Shown here piece by piece: positions 58,467 through 64,000 of a stretch of DNA of 64,000 nucleotides. The notes below the pieces were generated by a model. It was not told the origin of the DNA. It searched no databases and worked only from the letters and a program-made list of their open reading frames with translations. Position numbers and translations under genes: made by a program. Numbering within the stretch: the first letter of the stretch is position 1; every line of letters starts with the position of its first letter. The DNA comes from Thermoleophilia bacterium. GTDB taxonomy: Bacteria; Actinomycetota; Thermoleophilia; BMS3ABIN01. The stretch is from positions 1,477 to 65,476 of the forward strand of contig JBAZZU010000002.1 of assembly GCA_041658605.1 (NCBI GenBank), read 5' to 3'.

Positions 58467-60779
58467 TCAGTGGTTGGTCACTACACTCGTGCCGCCGCCA
58501 AAATAATCCCAGACAATGTATCCACCCTGGAAATTGGTGCGCCTGCCTCCAGGTATCCCGTATTCATCCGAGACTGGTAACCCCAGTGGTCCGGCCGGTC
58601 CGCCTCCGAGCAGGTACCTGGCGAGAATTGCTCCGTAGACCTGGCTGGTTCCCGTTGCTGGAGACCAGTATATCCTGCCTCGCTCGAACTGGCCTTCGCG
58701 AGCCCCGGGCTTGCCATTTACGTCCCTTTCTTCAGCTACCGGCAATCCATAGGTCTGGGACGCGCCTACAGCCTTGTACTTGGCCAGGATGGCTCCATAT
58801 ACGGCGATGCTGCCAGCGGTCGGCGACCAGTAGATGCGCCCCCTGGAAAACTCACTCATCCTGCCGCCGGAAACACCCGGGGCACTGGTCTCATCCGTAA
58901 GAGGGAAGCCCATGCCGGCTGTGCCGCCCAGCTGGTCGAACTTTGTCATGATCGCTCCGCGAATATGATGCGGACCAGATTCCGGCGACCAGTAGATTCT
59001 GCCTGACTGCAGATTGGAGACCCTGCCGCCCGGCGTTGCATATTCGTCCGAAGTCGGTAATCCCAGGCTTGCCGGGCCGCCCATGGCCAGGTATCTGCCG
59101 AGGATGGCTCCATTCATGAACTGGGACCCGGTAGCCGCCGACCAGAAGATCTTTCCCTTCTGGAAATCCGATGCGCGTCCGCCGCTTACGGCATATTCGT
59201 CTGATGTGGGTAACCCCGCTCCGGCAGGTCCGCCCATGGCGAGATATCTGGCAAGTATCGCGCCGTTAACCAGCCGTGGGCCATAGCCAGGCGACCAGTA
59301 GATCACCCCACCTTCGAAACTGGAGGCCCGTCCGCCGGGTACATCATATTCGTCTGTTGTCGGCAGGCCTGTGGAAGCCGCTCCGCCCAACGCCAGATAC
59401 CGGTTAAGGATGCCGCCAATCACAACATGCGGGCCGCCCGCAGCCGACCAGTAGATCCTGCCGCGCTCAAATATCGTCATCCGCGCTCCGGGTTTGCCGG
59501 GGACGTCTGACTCATCGGTCGTCGGCAGGCCCATACCGCCCGCGCCCCCCATCTGGTCATATTTGACCATGATCGCACCCAGCACCCAGTGAGTCCTGCC
59601 GGTAGAACGGTTCCAGGTGATCCTTCCGGAGCTGAAATCCTGCGCCCGCCCTCCCGCTACGTCGTGCTCGGCGTTGGTGGGTTGGCCGGGGGCTCCACCC
59701 AGCTGGTCATACTTGGTCCTTATCGCTCCATAAACAGGTATGCCCGGTGCGGGCACGGGCGTGTTCTCCCAATTGAACGTGACGGTAACCCAGCCGCTGA
59801 CCAGGTAACCAAGCCCGAGCTGAACACCGGCTTTAGGTGAGAGGTCGATGCCCGCCGGGTTTGAGACCATGCGGCCAAACTGATCGAGGCCGCCGTTGTA
59901 ATCGTCGAAGTACGCGGCCTGGGCTCCCGGCAGACCTGTGGCTAGTCCGGCAAAGAGACGCCGCGGTCTCGATCCGCCAGTAGTGTTCCAGTAATTGTCA
60001 TCGATGTTCCACGGGCCGCAATCCTTAACGCGGACACCATTGAGCTGGTGACCGTTGTACCCGAGGTTCACTGAGTAGTTCGCGCCTGCCGGGTATCCGG
60101 CATGATATTCCCAGCCGAGGCTGGCGAACTTCGCGTACTTGTCCGGAACCGCAACGTCGATGCTGTCCGCACCGAAGTTGGAATAATACTGGGTTGCATA
60201 AACTCGATAGGAGCCGCTGGCTCCGGTTGTCATGGGACCAAGCGCCGCCGTGGCGGCCGCATCCGCAAAAGTCTTCCGCTGTGCTTTCATCTGGACGGAT
60301 ACCCATTCGGGCAACCTGGATTTCTGGTCGGCGTCGAACAGCGATTCAGTCTTCATTCTGGAAGAAGCGACTATCCCGCTGACCCGGCTGTTGTAGTCCA
60401 TGCCGGAGATGGCGACCTGCTTCTGATCGACACTAAGGTCTTCGCGATCCACCACCGCTTCTGATTCCTGCTTCAACTGAGCCAGGGCCGCGGTCTCCCC
60501 GATCCCGATTTCCCTGAGGATGGTTTTCTGTTCTGCGGAAAGTCCGAAATCTTCAGCGAGCAAATCCACCACGGCATCATTGGTAAACAGGAAGGATGCC
60601 ACCGGTTTGTCATCCAGCCAGGCTGACTGGGCTGTTGCGCCGCTGCCGTGCGGGAGCGGCAGGATTATCATAAGTGCCAGTAATGTCAGGACGCACGGCA
60701 TGATGACCCCGCGTACGGCAAACCACATCCGTTTCCGCGGGTGTCCTGATACGTTTTTCTTTTTCTGGAAGATAATCAT
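58467..60779 (-). CDS. Large secreted LGFP-repeat protein with a signal/TM N-terminus.
   Basis: At least eight ~54-aa repeats of the G..LG.P...E......G....F..G.IYWS type, plus an unassigned N-terminal domain. Confidence 0.7.
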   Translation of the reverse strand: MIIFQKKKNVSGHPRKRMWFAVRGVIMPCVLTLLALMIILPLPHGSGATAQSAWLDDKPVASFLFTNDAVVDLLAEDFGLSAEQKTILREIGIGETAALAQLKQESEAVVDREDLSVDQKQVAISGMDYNSRVSGIVASSRMKTESLFDADQKSRLPEWVSVQMKAQRKTFADAAATAALGPMTTGASGSYRVYATQYYSNFGADSIDVAVPDKYAKFASLGWEYHAGYPAGANYSVNLGYNGHQLNGVRVKDCGPWNIDDNYWNTTGGSRPRRLFAGLATGLPGAQAAYFDDYNGGLDQFGRMVSNPAGIDLSPKAGVQLGLGYLVSGWVTVTFNWENTPVPAPGIPVYGAIRTKYDQLGGAPGQPTNAEHDVAGGRAQDFSSGRITWNRSTGRTHWVLGAIMVKYDQMGGAGGMGLPTTDESDVPGKPGARMTIFERGRIYWSAAGGPHVVIGGILNRYLALGGAASTGLPTTDEYDVPGGRASSFEGGVIYWSPGYGPRLVNGAILARYLAMGGPAGAGLPTSDEYAVSGGRASDFQKGKIFWSAATGSQFMNGAILGRYLAMGGPASLGLPTSDEYATPGGRVSNLQSGRIYWSPESGPHHIRGAIMTKFDQLGGTAGMGFPLTDETSAPGVSGGRMSEFSRGRIYWSPTAGSIAVYGAILAKYKAVGASQTYGLPVAEERDVNGKPGAREGQFERGRIYWSPATGTSQVYGAILARYLLGGGPAGPLGLPVSDEYGIPGGRRTNFQGGYIVWDYFGGGTSVVTNH

Positions 60780-61036
60780 TGAGGTAAATATATATCTGTC
60801 TATCTATCTCTCTGCTCCGGCTGTTTACCCGCTGCCGGCGTTTAAGTAACCACTGCTATCGGCAGCAGCGGTATTTACTGAAGGAACAGGCAAACGAAGG
60901 AAGGGCGGTCCGAAGGCTATGATAGGATCGACAAAAAGGTTGCTCAGGGATTCAAATTGCCATGGTGAGGGAGAATTTCTCCTCTGGCGGCGGCTTCAAT
61001 ATCGACTAGGAAAAACACTATGCAGAATCTGGATAA

Positions 61037-61990
61037 ATGAAGAAGTCATTCATATGTGACATTTCAGAGGGCGCTTTAGTCGACGACGTCTTCTTCCTTG
61101 GAGATATCAGCAGGCGCGTTACGCGCACGGGTCATCCTTATCTGACCCTTGGGCTGAATGACAGGAGCGGCGTCATCGGCGGCCGTGTATGGCAGGATGC
61201 GGACGTTCTTGTTCACAGCCTAACTGCGGAGTCGTTCGTGCGGGTGCGCGGCAAGGCAGAGAGTTACAGGAACAGGCTATATATCAAAGTCGACGGGGTG
61301 GAAGCCGTAGACATCTCCCTGATCGACCAGCAACACTTTTTGCCAGGCACCTATCGCGATATGGAAGAACTGACTGGATATATAAGATACTTTTTGACCG
61401 AGGTTTTCGACGTCGATTATTCACGTTTGCTAGAATCGTTTTTCAGCGATGAGATCTTCATGGAGAGGTTCTGCCGGGCGCCCGGAGACGAGCGTTCACA
61501 TCACGCCTATCTGGGGGGGCTCCTCGAACACACGGTCTCCGTAGCCACCCTATGCCAGCACGTCGCGGTACAACATCCACGTCTGAACAGTGACCTGTTA
61601 TTGACAGCCGCCCTGCTGCACGACATTGGCAAGGTGGATGAGTTCAATTATCGGGGGCGTATCACCCTCAGCCGCGAAGGAGAGCTGCTTGGCCATGTAC
61701 TCCTCGGTCAGAAGATGATCGAGCAGAGGATAATGCGGCTGGGTGGGTTCCCGCCGGAGAAAGAGCTGCAGCTGATTCACGCCCTCGTCAGTCACCACGG
61801 AGAGCTGGAGTGGGGCGCTCCAAAAAGGCCACAGAGCGCTGAAGCGCTCGCGTTGCACCACCTGGATAATCTCGACGCCAGGGTGAAGGGCTTTTACGAG
61901 GTCGTCGACGGTAGTGGAGAAGTCCCCTGGGGAGAATTACAAAACCTGTTTCGCCGGCCGCTGACCGAACCCAGGGCAGCCGACCGCTAG
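61037..61990 (+). CDS. yhaM: 3'-5' exoribonuclease YhaM-like (OB-fold plus HD domain).
   Basis: N-terminal OB fold, the HD motif LLHDIGK, and conserved His residues. Confidence 0.8.
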   Translation: MKKSFICDISEGALVDDVFFLGDISRRVTRTGHPYLTLGLNDRSGVIGGRVWQDADVLVHSLTAESFVRVRGKAESYRNRLYIKVDGVEAVDISLIDQQHFLPGTYRDMEELTGYIRYFLTEVFDVDYSRLLESFFSDEIFMERFCRAPGDERSHHAYLGGLLEHTVSVATLCQHVAVQHPRLNSDLLLTAALLHDIGKVDEFNYRGRITLSREGELLGHVLLGQKMIEQRIMRLGGFPPEKELQLIHALVSHHGELEWGAPKRPQSAEALALHHLDNLDARVKGFYEVVDGSGEVPWGELQNLFRRPLTEPRAADR

Positions 61991-62895
61991 TCTGCTTCCT
62001 TCAGGGACCGGTTGATCTGGTCGCCGGTTTCCTCGTCGATATCGACACCGGGCTCTGTGGCCTTGATCGGTTCCCCCGTTTCGGGAGTGACGAAGGTTTC
62101 ACCGCTGACCATGGCATCGAAAGCTTTTGCCTTGAGCCGCGCTCGCGTCTCGTCTATCCGCTTCTTCATTTCATCGCGGTCCAGTCTCGTGGGTTCGGGT
62201 TTGGCCGGCGGCTCGGGAGTGCTGACGGCCTCATCTCCTGAATCGCCCATTGTAGGCTCTCCCTCGGCCGGTGTGCTCAGCGCCGCGAATCCTCCCTCAT
62301 CAGAAGCAGCTTCATCCGCCCCGGTTTCATCAGGCATTACCCTTGCCGATTTGGGAGCCTCACGCGGTATAGTCGTATCTTCGTCGGCGGCGACATCCTC
62401 AGGCTGTTCTTCCTCTATCGATATTTCCTCGACAACAGTCTCAGCGGTTTCGCCGGGAACGAAATCTTCAAGTGTTTCTGTAACTTCGACGGCTTCAGCG
62501 GAGCCCTCTTGTGTCGTGTCTGATATGACATCTTCCTCAACGGTCGGCGGGGCTGCTGTTTCTGTGGTTTTGGCATACTCATCAACCGGGGCGGCGACGG
62601 CCGGCTCGCCGATGACGGCTTCCGGGGTATCTGCACCCTTTTCATCCGCAGCCGTTTTGGTAAACGGCTTTTCCAGGCTGGCCTCAACCTGGCGTTTGCT
62701 CTCCTCTATTCTCGCCTCGAGGTCAATCGATGTGGTTGCGGATCCGGTAGCCGCACCCGCAGCCGGTTCATGTGCCGCCGGCAGCTGGGCCTGTCCACCA
62801 CCCATAAGCCTGCGTCTGACATCTTTTCGTGACAATAAAAACGCCAACCCGGCGCCGATAGCTCCGCCAAGCAGTAAACGTGAAAACTTTGCCAT
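61987..62895 (-). CDS. Acidic, E/T/A-rich low-complexity protein with a YtxH-like N-terminal anchor.
   Basis: The N-terminus GGAIGAGLAFLLSRK is followed by about 250 aa that look disordered. I prefer this frame over the S-rich antisense ORF. Confidence 0.45.
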   Translation of the reverse strand: MAKFSRLLLGGAIGAGLAFLLSRKDVRRRLMGGGQAQLPAAHEPAAGAATGSATTSIDLEARIEESKRQVEASLEKPFTKTAADEKGADTPEAVIGEPAVAAPVDEYAKTTETAAPPTVEEDVISDTTQEGSAEAVEVTETLEDFVPGETAETVVEEISIEEEQPEDVAADEDTTIPREAPKSARVMPDETGADEAASDEGGFAALSTPAEGEPTMGDSGDEAVSTPEPPAKPEPTRLDRDEMKKRIDETRARLKAKAFDAMVSGETFVTPETGEPIKATEPGVDIDEETGDQINRSLKEAD

Positions 62896-62992
62896 TGGAT
62901 CATACCTCCAGCATCAATAGTGAGGACAACATCATATTACCAGTGTCGGTCAAATCAAAGGATATCAGGAAAAAGTGTTCCCCCCGTATTCC

Positions 62993-64000
62993 TCATGAGT
63001 CCTTTTCCAGCCCCTCGCCCATGAACTTTCTCAACTCTTCTAATCTCCCTGACAGCTCCTTCTCAAACCCCCTGTCGCCGGGTTTGTAATAACGCTCCGG
63101 CTTCTTGCCGGGCGGGAAGTAATCCTGCGGCACGACACCACCCGGAAAGCTGTGAGGGTATTTGTAACCCGCACCGTGTCCAAGGTCTTTCGCGCCGGCA
63201 TAGCTGGAATCCCTGAGGTGTTTTGGCGGCCGCTTTGTACCCTCACGCTCGACGTCTTTAATCGCCGCGCCGATCGCTTCACAGGAGGCGTTGCTTTTAG
63301 GCGCCAGTGCCAGATAGGTGACCCCCTGGGCCAGGTTCAGCTGGCATTCCGGCAAACCGACGAATTCAACCGCACGCGAAACAGCCGTCGCGACAACAAG
63401 CGCCTGGGGGTCTGCGTTTCCAATATCCTCCGATGCAAAGATGATCATGCGGCGCACGATGAACTTCGGGTCCTCCCCACCGGCAAGCATGACTGCCAGC
63501 CAGTATATGGCGGCATCGGGATCGCTGCCTCTCATGCTTTTGATGAATGCGGAGACGGCATCGTAATGAAGGTCGCCGCCCTTCTGGTAGAAGACCGGCT
63601 TGCGGCGGATCGCCTCGCTCAGGATCTCTTCCGGTATCTCGTCTTTTTGATCTGGAGGAACAAGTCCCGCCACGGTCTCCAGGATGATCAATGCCGCTCT
63701 TGCGTCCCCGCCGCTGGCGCGCGCGATTGCATCAATACCCTGTTTGCCCAGGACAAGCTGACGATCTCCCAGGCCCCGTTCAGTGTCACCCAGGGCCTTG
63801 CTCAATACCAGCTCAAGATCGGCTGTTGTCAGCGGCTTGAATTCGTAAAGTTCGCATCGGGATATGAGCGGCCCGATAACTTCAAAATAAGGGTTCTCGG
63901 TTGTCGCCCCCACGAGTGTCACCACGCCGCTTTCCACAACAGGGAGCAGAGCGTCCTGCTGTCCCTTGCTGAAGCGGTGGATCTCATCGACGAAAAGGAT
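62993..64000 (-). CDS. rarA: Replication-associated recombination protein RarA/MgsA (AAA+). The N-terminus lies beyond the window end.
   Basis: [10 protein letters not shown]...ALLP..E.G...[11 protein letters not shown] and the C-terminal MgsA domain. The frame is open to 64000. Confidence 0.85.
   Translation of the reverse strand: MLFVDEIHRFSKGQQDALLPVVESGVVTLVGATTENPYFEVIGPLISRCELYEFKPLTTADLELVLSKALGDTERGLGDRQLVLGKQGIDAIARASGGDARAALIILETVAGLVPPDQKDEIPEEILSEAIRRKPVFYQKGGDLHYDAVSAFIKSMRGSDPDAAIYWLAVMLAGGEDPKFIVRRMIIFASEDIGNADPQALVVATAVSRAVEFVGLPECQLNLAQGVTYLALAPKSNASCEAIGAAIKDVEREGTKRPPKHLRDSSYAGAKDLGHGAGYKYPHSFPGGVVPQDYFPPGKKPERYYKPGDRGFEKELSGRLEELRKFMGEGLEKDS

Noticed and set aside
62012-62920. 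302-aa S-rich plus-strand ORF.
   Set aside because: It is low-complexity antisense to the acidic YtxH-anchored protein. It has no start context or domain.

Overview
This is a ~60% GC stretch of bacterial chromosome in standard genetic code: TGA is used as an ordinary stop throughout. It carries about 65 protein genes, mostly housekeeping plus several accessory clusters. I found no rRNA, tRNA, CRISPR, transposase or integrase.

The synteny is Firmicutes-like. The rpsF-ssb-rpsR-yybS-rplI-dnaB block and the rpmH-rnpA-yidD-yidC-jag block are both present. Actinobacteria-type features are mixed in: GTTCAC-type Pho boxes, LGFP repeats, and an MprAB/PepD-like two-component-system-plus-htrA unit.

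Genes in order:
- murI (3' end), a QueT-like membrane protein, rph, rdgB.
- An S2P/CBS protease, an AbrB-like protein, an ABC-2 exporter pair, an MFS pump.
- A decayed Cys-rich ORF.
- A minus-strand M-box Mg2+ riboswitch controlling a soluble MgtE-N/CBS protein and an NRMT-like NRAMP transporter.
- A PhoB-like response regulator convergent with phoR-phoU-pstBACS.
- A small Pho-box-preceded gene, a ZIP transporter, yjbQ.
- A nested palindromic repeat element with dispersed shorter copies.
- PAP2, DUF3343 and a DUF62 SAM hydrolase.
- The ribosomal/dnaB block, pabBC, gmd plus an rmd-like reductase.
- An ArsR-family regulator, a glutaredoxin-like ORF interrupted by an in-frame TGA exactly at the first active-site Cys (a candidate UxxC selenoprotein that the ORF track cannot see), and an SQR-like flavoprotein.
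- A YugP-like peptidase, a UPF0104 membrane protein, ddl.
- A second two-component system with htrA.
- An HDAC/AcuC, an IMPase, a radical-SAM enzyme, GT4 and GT20 sugar transferases, a phasin-like protein.
- A GT39-like membrane glycosyltransferase, a metallophosphoesterase.
- lemA, htpX, radC.
- A DnaA-box cluster upstream of rpmH-rnpA-yidD-yidC-jag.
- copZ, a large LGFP-repeat protein, yhaM, and rarA (5' end outside the window).

The most interesting calls are the candidate selenocysteine glutaredoxin sitting between the ArsR regulator and the SQR-like gene, the M-box/split-MgtE/NRMT unit, the palindromic repeat family, and the two Pho boxes.
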